Position numbers and translations under genes: made by a program. Positions 12,265 through 21,456 of a stretch of DNA of 64,000 nt are shown here, piece by piece (within the stretch, counting starts at the first letter, position 1; the number at the start of each line of letters is the position of its first letter). The notes beneath the pieces were generated by a model. The model was not told where the DNA came from. It ran no database searches and saw only the letters and a program-made list of their open reading frames with translations. Source of the DNA: Patescibacteria group bacterium (GTDB lineage Bacteria > Patescibacteriota > Patescibacteriia > UBA9934); the NCBI GenBank assembly GCA_041666205.1, contig JBAYHI010000002.1, positions 64,725 to 128,724 on the forward strand, given 5' to 3'.

Positions 12265-12614
12265 CCGTCATCCTGAGCGATAGCGAAGGATCTCACGACA
12301 ATTCTTCAAATAGGTCTTTCCAATCAGGATTCTGTGAGTTGATAAGTTCAATCTTCTTTTGTCGTTTCCATCCTTTTATTCTTTTTTCTTCCTCAATGGC
12401 AGTCGTCGGATTTCCGCAAGAGTCAAAATAAACGAGCTTCGTTACATTGTATTTTTGCGTGAATCCAGGAATCTTTTTCGCTTTATGCTCCTGAATCCGA
12501 CGGAATAAACTATTTGTGACGCCCGTATATAAAACCGTATGAGCTGGATTTGTCAGAATATAGACGAAGAACTCACGCATATCTTGGGATCCTTCACTTC
12601 GTTCAGGATGACGG
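12265..12614 (-). mobile_element. 350-bp GIY-YIG element, copy 1, bounded by CGTC-tagged inverted repeats
   Basis: Ends CCGTCATCCTGAGCGATAGCGAAGGATCTC (12265-12294) and GGGATCCTTCACTTCGTTCAGGATGACGG (12586-12614); identical ends and length at 54180-54529; mobility is inferred. Confidence 0.7.
12293..12580 (-). CDS. GIY-YIG nuclease family protein (95 aa)
   Basis: FVYIL...YTGVT, RRIQEH, EEEKRIK, INSQNP; paralog at 54208-54495. Confidence 0.93.
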   Translation of the reverse strand: MREFFVYILTNPAHTVLYTGVTNSLFRRIQEHKAKKIPGFTQKYNVTKLVYFDSCGNPTTAIEEEKRIKGWKRQKKIELINSQNPDWKDLFEELS

Positions 12615-12644
12615 CAGAAAGGAATAAGTTTGTTGCTCATCTTT

Positions 12645-12723
12645 TTCGTCATTCTGAGCGCAGCGAAGAATCTCTCGATAATTATCTTGAGATCCATTCG
12701 GCATTCGGCCTCAGGATGACGAA
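12645..12723. repeat. Empty CGTC palindromic repeat doublet
   Basis: TTCGTCATTCTGAGCGCAGCGAAGAATCTC-TCGATAATTATCTT-GAGATCC...TCAGGATGACGAA. Confidence 0.85.
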
Positions 12724-12735
12724 ATAGAAATAACC

Positions 12736-12812
12736 TGGTGTGGCGTGTGGGATTTGAACCCACAACCTTCAGCTTCGGAAGCTGACACTCTATCCAGCTG
12801 AGCTAACGCCAC
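12736..12812 (-). tRNA. tRNA-Arg (CCG)
   Basis: Acceptor GTGGCGT/ACGCCAC, anticodon arm TCAGC-TTCCGAA-GCTGA, T-arm GTGGG-TTCAAAT-CCCAC, encoded CCA. Confidence 0.95.
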
Positions 12813-12817
12813 CTAAA

Positions 12818-13018
12818 TTACATCCCGAGATATTTCAAGACCTCAAAAACCATGAATGCAGGCCAAACAATGGCTTTCAAAAATCCTAATACACCAAGCC
12901 AGAATGTTGTGGCAGTTGAAATGAAATAAATTGCAGCGCCAATGAACCCGAGGCCGTATACAGCTCCTCCGCCACAATTTTTACCCATATGATGACAGTG
13001 ACATTGTTCTTTTGACAT
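12818..13018 (-). CDS. Small membrane protein
   Basis: 66 aa, GGAVYGLGFIGA...KAIVWPA; follows lepA directly. Confidence 0.75.
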   Translation of the reverse strand: MSKEQCHCHHMGKNCGGGAVYGLGFIGAAIYFISTATTFWLGVLGFLKAIVWPAFMVFEVLKYLGM

Positions 13019-13029
13019 AGAAACAAATA

Positions 13030-14829
13030 TTACGAACGTTTGAGAACTTGTAAATACGCTTCACTTGGAATGTGAACCTTCCCTTTGCCCATTTCGAGCA
13101 TTTTCTTTTTCCCTTTCTTTTGCTTCTCGAGCAATTTATTTTTTCGCGTGACGTCGCCACCGTAGAGTTTTGCGGTCACATCTTTTCGAAGCGCAGTAAT
13201 ACGATCAGCCGCGACAATATGACCACCAATCGCTGCCTGTAATTTGATAACGAATTGCACTTTCGGGATTGAGTTCTTCAAGGACTCCACAATTCTTCGC
13301 CCGATTTTTTCTGCGTCATCGCGATACGCAAACGTCGCCAGTGCTTCGACTTCTTCATCGGCAACCAAAATATCCAAGCGCACAATATCGGCTTGGCGAT
13401 ATTCAAACACCTCGTAGTCCATGGACCCAAATCCACTGGTAATACTCTTGAGGCGATCATGAAAATCCACAATAAGCGATGAAAGCGGAATCTCGTAGCG
13501 CAAAATCGCGCGACCTTCAGAAAGGAATTCCGTTGTCTTGTAGATGCCACGACGCTCTTGCACAAAGGTCATGATATTTCCAATGTAGTCCGCTGGCGTG
13601 ATGATATCGACATGTGCCCACGGTTCCTCAATGCGCTCCAAATGCGACGGATCTGGAAGTTCAATCGGACTTTTAATAACTTCTGACTCCGAGTGACCGG
13701 TACGCACAATGTGATAGGCAACCGACGGCGTGGTCACGATGAGCTCAAGCCCAAACTCGCGCTCGAGACGCTCTTTTAAAATCTCAAGGTGGAGTAAACC
13801 AAGAAGCCCGCAACGGAAACCGTAACCAAGCGCAGGACTATGTTCTGGATCATACGAAAGCGCAGCGTCATTGAGTTTGAGTTTTTCCATGGCATCGCGC
13901 AATGCCGAATAGGTGCCTCCATCCGTTGGGAAAATCCCAGCAAAGACCATTGGCACAACTTCGCGGTATCCCGCCAGTGGCAAAACCTGTGCGCCCTGGA
14001 GCGTAACCGTGTCACCAACGCGACACGCGGCGATATCTTTAAATCCCGTGACCACATAGCCAATCTGACCGGTTGTGAGCGTTTCTTCTGGAAAATGTTT
14101 TGGATTGAGCGCACCCACTTCTAAGACTTCGGATTCCGCTTTGGTATTGAGCATGCGAATGAACGATCGCTTCGAGAGCGCACCGTCAAAGACACGAACG
14201 TAAGCAACTACGCCACGATAATCGTCGTATTGCGAATCAAAAATCAAACCGCGAAGTGGCGCATGCGCATCGCCTTTTGGCGCAGGAATACGATCAATCA
14301 CGGCGTCGAGCACATCTTCCACGTGCTCACCGGTTTTTGCAGACACACAAATCACCTCTTCTTCTTTGCACCCAATGAGGCCAATGAGTTCTTTCATGCG
14401 CGTTGGCACATCGGCCGCAGGAAGATCGATTTTATTGAGCACCGGAATAATTTCCAAACCTTGCTCAATTGCCAAATATAAATTTCCAATCGTTTGTGCT
14501 TGAACGCCTTGCGTTGCATCAACCAAAAGCACCGCACCTTCAACGGCAGCGAGTGATCGGGAAACTTCGTAGGTAAAATCCACGTGCCCAGGCGTATCAA
14601 TCAAATTGAGCACATATTCGACACCGTCTTTTTTATGCTTCATGCGAACCGGTGTGAGCTTGATGGTAATTCCGCGCTCGCGCTCCAAATCCATGGAGTC
14701 CAAAAGTTGCTCTTGCATTTCGCGTCGCTGCACGGTGCCGGTCTTTTCAAGCAAACGATCGGCCAAGGTGGATTTCCCATGGTCGATGTGCGCGATAATG
14801 CAAAAATTTCGAATGCGATTTTGATCCAT
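13030..14829 (-). CDS. lepA: Elongation factor 4
   Basis: AHIDHGKSTLADR, DTPGHVDF, NKID, LYGGDVTRK. Confidence 0.98.
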   Translation of the reverse strand: MDQNRIRNFCIIAHIDHGKSTLADRLLEKTGTVQRREMQEQLLDSMDLERERGITIKLTPVRMKHKKDGVEYVLNLIDTPGHVDFTYEVSRSLAAVEGAVLLVDATQGVQAQTIGNLYLAIEQGLEIIPVLNKIDLPAADVPTRMKELIGLIGCKEEEVICVSAKTGEHVEDVLDAVIDRIPAPKGDAHAPLRGLIFDSQYDDYRGVVAYVRVFDGALSKRSFIRMLNTKAESEVLEVGALNPKHFPEETLTTGQIGYVVTGFKDIAACRVGDTVTLQGAQVLPLAGYREVVPMVFAGIFPTDGGTYSALRDAMEKLKLNDAALSYDPEHSPALGYGFRCGLLGLLHLEILKERLEREFGLELIVTTPSVAYHIVRTGHSESEVIKSPIELPDPSHLERIEEPWAHVDIITPADYIGNIMTFVQERRGIYKTTEFLSEGRAILRYEIPLSSLIVDFHDRLKSITSGFGSMDYEVFEYRQADIVRLDILVADEEVEALATFAYRDDAEKIGRRIVESLKNSIPKVQFVIKLQAAIGGHIVAADRITALRKDVTAKLYGGDVTRKNKLLEKQKKGKKKMLEMGKGKVHIPSEAYLQVLKRS

Positions 14830-14833
14830 AGCG

Positions 14834-15928
14834 CTATGCTACCTTATTGTGGAGCGCCTTGTCGATAACAGCCGAACCCAGAAGTTCCTCTCCTTTTAAA
14901 TCGTAAAATGCAATGAATTGACCTGGCGCCACAGCGCGTTGAGCCTCATCGAATCGAATAACAACTTCCGGCTCGAGCGACTCGATGGTGCAAGCAATAA
15001 GTGGCTGACGGTAACGCAAACGCGCCAAGAGGGGCTCGCCAATGCGCAGCGCTCCCACATTCGTCTCGGAGAGGTTGATGGCGCTGGCAGATGACGCAAA
15101 CAGCGCCGCGTCCCCCTCGCGCGCAACAACAATTTCGTTTGTGCTCGGACGAATCTCAACCACAAACATGGGCTCGCCCCCACCAACCCCAAGGCCTTCG
15201 CGCTGACCAATGGTGTAATACGCAAATCCTTGATGTGTGCCAACAATTTCTCCTGTGGGCGTAACGATATTGCCAACCTGTGGAGGAATGCGTGTTTTCA
15301 AAAAATCCGTTAGCGACACTTTTCCAATAAAACAAATGCCTTGGCTATCTTTTTTCTCCGCGACAGCCAAGTTATGCTCGCGAGCAATTTCGCGCACGCG
15401 AGACTTCAGCAAATCGCCAACCGGGAAAAGACAATGCGCAAGTTGATCTTGCGTGAGCTGACACAAAAAATAACTTTGGTCTTTTGTGGGGTCGACTCCT
15501 GCAAGCAGGTGCGCGTTGCCGCCTGCGTCGCGCACGAGGCGCGCATAGTGGCCGGTCGCAATGAATTCGCAGTTGAGTTTTTTTGCCTCACCCAGCAAGT
15601 AGCCAAACTTCATGTACTTATTGCAAAGCACGTCGGGGTTTGGGGTGCGACCGGCCTGATACTCGGCGATCATGTACTCAAACACTTCGGCGCGATATTC
15701 TTTTTCGAAATCAAATGTGTGAAGCTCAATTCCGAGCTCGGCGGCAACGCGCAGAGCGTCGCGGCGTTCCTCGTGCCAATCGCATTCGGTTGAATCGGTC
15801 CCATTGCTCCAGTTTTTCATGAACGCACCCACAACTTCATATCCAGCCTCCAATAACAAAACCGCCGCGACGCTCGAGTCGACCCCACCGCTCATTCCAA
15901 GTAAAACGCGTTGTTTTTGTGATTCCAT
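14834..15928 (-). CDS. mnmA: tRNA 2-thiouridylase
   Basis: MSGGVDSS, TPNPDVLCN, ATGHY, KDQSYFL, SQGICF, APGQ. Confidence 0.97.
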   Translation of the reverse strand: MESQKQRVLLGMSGGVDSSVAAVLLLEAGYEVVGAFMKNWSNGTDSTECDWHEERRDALRVAAELGIELHTFDFEKEYRAEVFEYMIAEYQAGRTPNPDVLCNKYMKFGYLLGEAKKLNCEFIATGHYARLVRDAGGNAHLLAGVDPTKDQSYFLCQLTQDQLAHCLFPVGDLLKSRVREIAREHNLAVAEKKDSQGICFIGKVSLTDFLKTRIPPQVGNIVTPTGEIVGTHQGFAYYTIGQREGLGVGGGEPMFVVEIRPSTNEIVVAREGDAALFASSASAINLSETNVGALRIGEPLLARLRYRQPLIACTIESLEPEVVIRFDEAQRAVAPGQFIAFYDLKGEELLGSAVIDKALHNKVA

Positions 15929-15983
15929 GCGGGCAAGAATAGCGAATTCCAGCGGAAAAATCAAGAGTATTCAGCAATTCCGC

Positions 15984-16049
15984 GTTCCCGGACAGGGATT
16001 ATGTCGCGCTCGCCGAATTGGCGACACGCTCGCTTGGTTCGAATCCCTG
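15984..16049. repeat. tRNA-Gln-derived element: direct copy of the 3' end plus inverted copy of the T-arm
   Basis: 15984-16000 is identical to 16100-16116; 16036-16049 is the reverse complement of 16109-16122. Confidence 0.8.
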
Positions 16050-16097
16050 ATACAAAACAACCCCTCATAGCTCCAGCTTTGCTGGAGCGACGAGGGG

Positions 16098-16171
16098 TGG
16101 TTCCCGGACAGGGATTCGAACCCCGATTCCCAGGACCAAAACCTGGTGTCCTGCCCTTAGACGATCCGGGA
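16098..16171 (-). tRNA. tRNA-Gln (TTG)
   Basis: Acceptor TCCCGGA/TCCGGGA, anticodon arm CCAGG-TTTTGGT-CCTGG, GGTTCGAATCC, encoded CCA. Confidence 0.95.
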
Positions 16172-16184
16172 TCAATGTGCCAAG

Positions 16185-16213
16185 ACAATACCGATTTTTC
16201 TTGCCTTTGTCAA
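16185..16213 (-). promoter_or_regulatory. Sigma70-type promoter of tRNA-Gln
   Basis: TTGACA-N17-TATTGT. Confidence 0.7.
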
Positions 16214-16218
16214 TGCAC

Positions 16219-17817
16219 CTATACGACTTTCCCCCCAAACGCCTGAGCCAATTCATCCATATTTTCTTCCGGAGGTTTGGAATAAACGAGTGTGAGCACC
16301 ACTGGAGATTGCATCACCTCAGCAATTGATTCCGTGAGTATCTTCAAATTCCCCGGCTTATTCATGGTTTCAAAATGAAACTCGCGCGCAAAGCGAATAC
16401 AAAGTTTCCCAGCTTCATCAAACTTTTCTGGTTTTGATTCGTTAAGCGCCATTGGGAGCGCAATATTACGCGATCCCACGGCTTCACAGCATCGTCCCCA
16501 CTTCCCCTGGATTTCCTCGAGCGTAAACTCTGCCTTTCTATCTGGCGTCATCACGAGCTCGGCTTTTTTCTCTGGCATGCCTTTTTGAATAGGAATCGTT
16601 TTGAGTAGTGCTGGATTTGGTTCCATATCAAAAACCAAATCTTCTTCCTGCTCAATCACAGGCGCTGGTTGTGCCACCTGGACGGCTTGCTTTGGCGCTT
16701 CTTGCACGACTATTTTTTGCACAGGTGCCTCTGCCGCGCAGAACAACACAAATGCAATTTCGAGTGGCAATTCTGGAAATGGATCTGTTGCCGGGCGCGC
16801 TTTTGCCTGAAGAAGTAAATCTAAAAGTTTGAGACAGGCGGATTCGTTCATCTTTTTGGTGAGTCCTCGAATTTGCGTCATCGTGGCCTCGGGATAGCGA
16901 TCTTCGTGTGGCGCACCAATGAGTTCAAATAGAGTCATACGACAAAACTCCACCACTTCATCGAGCAGGTGACCCGGTACGCCGCCTTGCGACGTGAATG
17001 CGTGAAGCTCCTCGACTGCGCCTTTTGCATCACGATTGCCAAGCGCTTCAATTGTTCGTGACGCGGATTCAATGCACCCCATTGGAATCACAAGCGCGCC
17101 CATTTCTTTGGTGATCTTTTTCTCACCAAGAGCGAGCACTTGCCCGAGCAAGCTTTCTGCGTCGCGCATAGCGCCTTCGCTTGCACGTGCAATCGCATGC
17201 AGCACTTCATCGTCAACCTCAACCTCTTCTTTGCTAAGAATCTCTTTCATGCGCGCAATCATCTCCACGGGTCCGATGCGATGAAAATCAAATCGCTGAC
17301 AACGCGAAAGAATGGTTTCCGGAATCTTGTGCATTTCCGTTGTAGCGAGGATGAAAATTGCATGCGCTGGTGGCTCCTCGAGCGTTTTCAAAAGCGCATT
17401 AAACGACGAGGTGGAGAGCATGTGAACTTCATCGATGATGAACACTTTGTATTTTCCAGCCGTAGGAGCAAACCGGACCGCCTCGATGATGTTCTCGCGA
17501 ACACTATCCACCCCCGTATTTGTTGCTGCGTCGATTTCAATCACGTCGAGCGCTCGGCCAGCTTGAAAATCCACACAGTGCTGACACGCATTGCACGGCT
17601 CATATTCCCCTTCTTTGCGATCCGAACAATTCACGGCTTTAGCTAAAAGTCGCGCAAGCGTGGTTTTTCCAATTCCTCGCGGTCCAGAAAAAAGATAGGC
17701 ATGCGCGATGCGCCCAAGCTTAATCTCATTCTGGATTGTGTTTTTTATAAAATCTTGACCGGTCACGTCTGCAAAAACTGCTGGACGGTATTTTCGATAG
17801 ACTGCTTCATGTGCCAT
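16219..17817 (-). CDS. dnaX: DNA polymerase III subunit gamma/tau
   Basis: YRKYRP, GPRGIGKTT, IDEVHML, NALLKTLEEPP, SRCQ. Confidence 0.97.
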   Translation of the reverse strand: MAHEAVYRKYRPAVFADVTGQDFIKNTIQNEIKLGRIAHAYLFSGPRGIGKTTLARLLAKAVNCSDRKEGEYEPCNACQHCVDFQAGRALDVIEIDAATNTGVDSVRENIIEAVRFAPTAGKYKVFIIDEVHMLSTSSFNALLKTLEEPPAHAIFILATTEMHKIPETILSRCQRFDFHRIGPVEMIARMKEILSKEEVEVDDEVLHAIARASEGAMRDAESLLGQVLALGEKKITKEMGALVIPMGCIESASRTIEALGNRDAKGAVEELHAFTSQGGVPGHLLDEVVEFCRMTLFELIGAPHEDRYPEATMTQIRGLTKKMNESACLKLLDLLLQAKARPATDPFPELPLEIAFVLFCAAEAPVQKIVVQEAPKQAVQVAQPAPVIEQEEDLVFDMEPNPALLKTIPIQKGMPEKKAELVMTPDRKAEFTLEEIQGKWGRCCEAVGSRNIALPMALNESKPEKFDEAGKLCIRFAREFHFETMNKPGNLKILTESIAEVMQSPVVLTLVYSKPPEENMDELAQAFGGKVV

Positions 17818-17928
17818 AGTACCCGGCATTTTACCCTTATCTACCGAGATTGACAAAAGAAGCACATTGTCCTCAAAATAGGGTCAGTTCCTCAGCACTC
17901 CCCCAAAATCCCACCTACGGAGACGTCC

Positions 17929-18054
17929 ATGCACATCTCGGAACTACTGAATTTCATTGCGGGCGACCCCATGCTCGTGGTGGTCACCGTCTTCTTTGTC
18001 ATCGCACTCGCTGTCGCCGGCTTCTGCACGTTTTACCTCTTCAGGAGCAGGTAA
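17929..18054 (+). CDS. 41-aa single-TM peptide (not in ORF track)
   Basis: MHISELLNFIAGDPMLVVVTVFFVIALAVAGFCTFYLFRSR; GGAG RBS, upstream TTGACA, downstream hairpin plus T-rich tail. Confidence 0.65.
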   Translation: MHISELLNFIAGDPMLVVVTVFFVIALAVAGFCTFYLFRSR

Positions 18055-18177
18055 CCCGTGCAGTTCGTCCGCCTAGGTCCGCCAACCACCTCGTGGTCGG
18101 CGGGCTTGTTTGTTTAGTGCAAAACATTGACTTTTTCGCAATTTTCGATACAATCAGGGTGGATTTTGGAGGCGTCA

Positions 18178-18303
18178 ATGTCGTTTCTGCACGAGATTCC
18201 TGGATTCATCAACCACGGCGAATGGGTCTTCTACTTGGCACTCGTCGTCGTTGTTCTCGGCCTCATCTTCGGAGCAGTGCCACGTCAACTCATCGACGAG
18301 TGA
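18178..18303 (+). CDS. 41-aa single-TM peptide (not in ORF track)
   Basis: MSFLHEIPGFINHGEWVFYLALVVVVLGLIFGAVPRQLIDE; GGAGG RBS, TTGACT-N16-TACAAT promoter, downstream hairpin. Confidence 0.7.
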   Translation: MSFLHEIPGFINHGEWVFYLALVVVVLGLIFGAVPRQLIDE

Positions 18304-18376
18304 CATACGCGCTCTCGTTCCCTCGCTCGCCGTACCCCTTGAGGTCCGGCGGGCATATTTATTTAAAAAACAAAAC

Positions 18377-18402
18377 GGGCAGACACATGGGTCTGCCCCT
18401 AC
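18377..18402. repeat. GTAG-type REP palindrome
   Basis: GGGCAGACACATGGGTCTGCCCCTAC; close relative at 59331-59356. Confidence 0.75.
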
Positions 18403-18406
18403 CAAT

Positions 18407-20932
18407 TTATCGACTCGGTGGAATTTCGGATGCAGGAATGGGTGCCGCATTTGGCACACCCGCGCCAATACCCGATCGCAGAGCAATTTCTTTTTCCACA
18501 ATTTCTTTTGACTTGCCGTATTTGAGGCGCGACATTTCCTTGAGCGCTTCCGCAAGTTTTGGATTTGGCTGATCAGGCGTGCCAACTTTGAGCGTGAATG
18601 GTTTCAACTGTGCCATGTCCACGACGATTTTTGCATTCCAGGTGTAATTATCCGTATTCATCAAATCATACGCACCAAAGGTTGGCTCAAATACTTTCGT
18701 AAATACCTCTGCATCTTCCGGACCAATACGCGCCACAAACATATTCCCGACGTTTCCTAGCACGGCATCGCGAATTTGCGTATCGTTATTTTTCACGAGC
18801 TGGCCCATGTACTGGTGCGCAAGCGTGAGGTTCAAGCGATACTTTCGAGCCTCAGACAAAATCGTGGCAATTGAGGGCGTAATAAAGTTTTGGAACTCAT
18901 CGATATAGAGGAAGAAATCACGACGCTGATCTTCTGGGAGTTCCGCACGCGAAAACGCGGCCATCTGCAATTTTGCAACCATGATGAGCCCGAGCAAGTT
19001 TGCGTTCACCTCACCTGTTTTTCCTTTTGACAAGTTCACAAGCAAAATCTTTCCTTCGTCCATGATCTGTCGGAAATCAAACGCAGATTTTGATTGCCCA
19101 ATGATATTTCGAATCATTTCGTTTTCCACAAATCGCCCAACTTTCGAAACCAAGTACCCCATCATTTCCGACTTGTGATAATCCGACGTCTTGGCCATTT
19201 CATCTTTCCAAAAACTCTGCACAACCGGATCAGTCACTTTAGCAACCCATTTTGCCTGGAAGGCGTCGTCTGCAATCATCCGCGGGATTTCGGCAATGGT
19301 TCCCAAATCATTCTGATCCGCCATGAGCGTGAGCATATAATTGCGCATGCTGTGCTCAAACATTGGGCCGATCATTTCTGGCGGGAATAACATGTAGAAA
19401 ATCGAGATCATTTCCTGCACAGCAAAATCTTTCATGCTCTCATTGGGTGCCTCGAGCATATTAAGACCCATCGGGCGATCGGTGTCGGACGGACAAAAAT
19501 AAATCACGTCGTCAATACGCTCTTTTGGAATCGTGCCCAAAATATCGTCCACCAAATCGCCGTGTGGATCGATTACGCAAACGCCTTTGCCCGCACGGAT
19601 ATCCTGCACGGCCATATAGCGCAAAAACCACGATTTCCCCGAACCGGTTTTTCCAATGAGATATGCATGGCGCTGACGATCTTTTTCCTTGATAAAAATT
19701 TCCGTGCGCTTCCCACGATAATCATTGTGACCCAAATGCAGCCCTTCGGTTGGCATGCCGGCTGGCGCCGGAGCCACACGTGCAAGCATCCAACGAATCG
19801 TTGGCGTTTCGGTTGTTGGGAGTGGTAAATGCCACAAGCTTGCCATTTCTTCGGTATTCAAAATACAGCGATGCTTCTCACTGAAATGACGGAAGATAAA
19901 ACTGCGAATGAGTTTTGCTTTTTGCGATGGAATCGCTTTTGCAAATGCATTCCCGAATTCATAAATATTGTATTGCGCAAACGCCTGCAAAATTTGGTTG
20001 AGGTTTGCTTGCGCCATATCAGCACTTTGCGAGGAAGAAATAAGACGGATATTCACTTCCATTCCCGCCTTACTGATTTTGTTTTCAATGCGTTTCACCA
20101 TTTCCTGCTCCCCTTGCGACATTTGGCGCACTTGCGGTTGTTGCTGTAATTCCTCAGGTTTTTTCGGGGCTTTTCCCCAAGCGAGCGATAGCCATCCTCC
20201 GCCTTCTTTTGAACCGCCTTTTGCTTCTTTATAGCTCATGCCCTTGTGCATGTTCGTTGCAATCTTTTGACCAGTCGATCGCCACCCCGATCCAGCAGGA
20301 CGCACAATATATTGCACAGCCATGCCATCGCCTTCGGAGACTTTAGAGAGCGCATTTGTCAGACCATTCAATGGATCAGATTCTGATTCCTTATACGTCT
20401 TGATTGGGAGCACGGCTTCTTTTTTGAGAGTAACATAGCCTCCCAAAATCGTGCCGGTTGGATGAAAAATATTATAATCTGGCACGGGTTGAGCCATGGC
20501 ATCGGGATATTGGGCATTGAGTTGTTGCTCTACAAATTGCTGCAAATATTCCGGCACCGTGAGGTAAAACGTGATGAGTTTTTGATGCGCCACCATTTCG
20601 AGCGCGATCTGATCGGTTCGCCCAAAGAGCCACGCATGCAATCCTTTTTGCGTTGGCAATCCCCCGATTGCCGCATAAAACGTTTCAGCAATCGAAATAC
20701 GCTCTTGTAATTTTTGCGTTCCCCCATCGCTTTTTGCTTCCTCTTCGGAAATAAACTTTGGCACGGTCACCATAAGGGTGACGTGCTTATTTTTGCCGTT
20801 TTGCATGGGAGGTTGACTGTGCAAAATTGCACGAAGCCCCCATAAAAATGCCACGAGAAGCCCGCCCAATACAACAAACAGAAGTACAAGGCTCAAGAGC
20901 GTATCAATTTCACCTAATCCAAATACGTTCAT
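18407..20932 (-). CDS. TraD/VirD4/VirB4-like (HerA/FtsK superfamily) ATPase with N-terminal TM and extra domain
   Basis: Walker A GKTGSGKS, IDPHGDL, Walker B LYIDEFQNF, SEARKYRL, AHQY. Confidence 0.88.
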   Translation of the reverse strand: MNVFGLGEIDTLLSLVLLFVVLGGLLVAFLWGLRAILHSQPPMQNGKNKHVTLMVTVPKFISEEEAKSDGGTQKLQERISIAETFYAAIGGLPTQKGLHAWLFGRTDQIALEMVAHQKLITFYLTVPEYLQQFVEQQLNAQYPDAMAQPVPDYNIFHPTGTILGGYVTLKKEAVLPIKTYKESESDPLNGLTNALSKVSEGDGMAVQYIVRPAGSGWRSTGQKIATNMHKGMSYKEAKGGSKEGGGWLSLAWGKAPKKPEELQQQPQVRQMSQGEQEMVKRIENKISKAGMEVNIRLISSSQSADMAQANLNQILQAFAQYNIYEFGNAFAKAIPSQKAKLIRSFIFRHFSEKHRCILNTEEMASLWHLPLPTTETPTIRWMLARVAPAPAGMPTEGLHLGHNDYRGKRTEIFIKEKDRQRHAYLIGKTGSGKSWFLRYMAVQDIRAGKGVCVIDPHGDLVDDILGTIPKERIDDVIYFCPSDTDRPMGLNMLEAPNESMKDFAVQEMISIFYMLFPPEMIGPMFEHSMRNYMLTLMADQNDLGTIAEIPRMIADDAFQAKWVAKVTDPVVQSFWKDEMAKTSDYHKSEMMGYLVSKVGRFVENEMIRNIIGQSKSAFDFRQIMDEGKILLVNLSKGKTGEVNANLLGLIMVAKLQMAAFSRAELPEDQRRDFFLYIDEFQNFITPSIATILSEARKYRLNLTLAHQYMGQLVKNNDTQIRDAVLGNVGNMFVARIGPEDAEVFTKVFEPTFGAYDLMNTDNYTWNAKIVVDMAQLKPFTLKVGTPDQPNPKLAEALKEMSRLKYGKSKEIVEKEIALRSGIGAGVPNAAPIPASEIPPSR

Positions 20933-21441
20933 ACAAGCGCATTATCAACACGATGCGTTTCTTGTTCGAAACGCTCCATAATCGTGTCGGTTTTAATTTT
21001 CGCTTCCTGCTCTAAGAAAAATTTATTGACCCCAGGAATTAACTGAAGCCATTCAATAATGAGTTTCAATACTTTTTGCACCTGCATCTTGCCTTGAATC
21101 ATCATGACGTGGATGGTTTGTGCAACTTCCTCACCTTTTGCGCGAAATGCCGCCTTGCGATCGTCGGGGAGCGACAAATACATATCCGTGAGGTCAGACG
21201 ATAGAATTTCTTCAATATCTTTTACGAGCAAATCCTTGGGTGGAAGTGTTGCAACCGGAAGTTGTGGAGCAACCTGCGGAACTTCGGCAGGTTTTTCTTG
21301 CACAGGTTCTTGCGGTTCTGATTGCACTTCTGGTGCTTCTGCACTGGGTCCCGTCTCGGTACTGAGTTCTGGAACCTCAAATAGCTCCTCTCCACCTTCG
21401 GGAAGCGGGGTGAGATCTTTTTTCTCCGTCATGTCGGTCAT
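20929..21441 (-). CDS. Conserved hypothetical protein
   Basis: Acidic Pro-rich N-terminus, WLxxIPGVNKFFLEQEAKIKTD; 4-nt overlap with the ATPase gene. Confidence 0.8.
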   Translation of the reverse strand: MTDMTEKKDLTPLPEGGEELFEVPELSTETGPSAEAPEVQSEPQEPVQEKPAEVPQVAPQLPVATLPPKDLLVKDIEEILSSDLTDMYLSLPDDRKAAFRAKGEEVAQTIHVMMIQGKMQVQKVLKLIIEWLQLIPGVNKFFLEQEAKIKTDTIMERFEQETHRVDNALV

Positions 21442-21456
21442 ATTGACCTTATTGTA

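Noticed and set aside
12581-12763. N-terminal extension of the GIY-YIG ORF (156 aa in the track)
   Set aside because: It runs through tRNA-Arg and the repeats; the paralog starts at MREF.
15984-16171. Prophage or genomic island integrated at tRNA-Gln
   Set aside because: The duplicated 3' end is only about 100 bp away and there is no integrase or phage gene; kept only as a miniature element.
17850-18585. 240-aa plus-strand and 136-aa minus-strand ORFs
   Set aside because: They span promoters, terminators and a REP and overlap the ATPase gene; two short RBS-led ORFs explain the region better.
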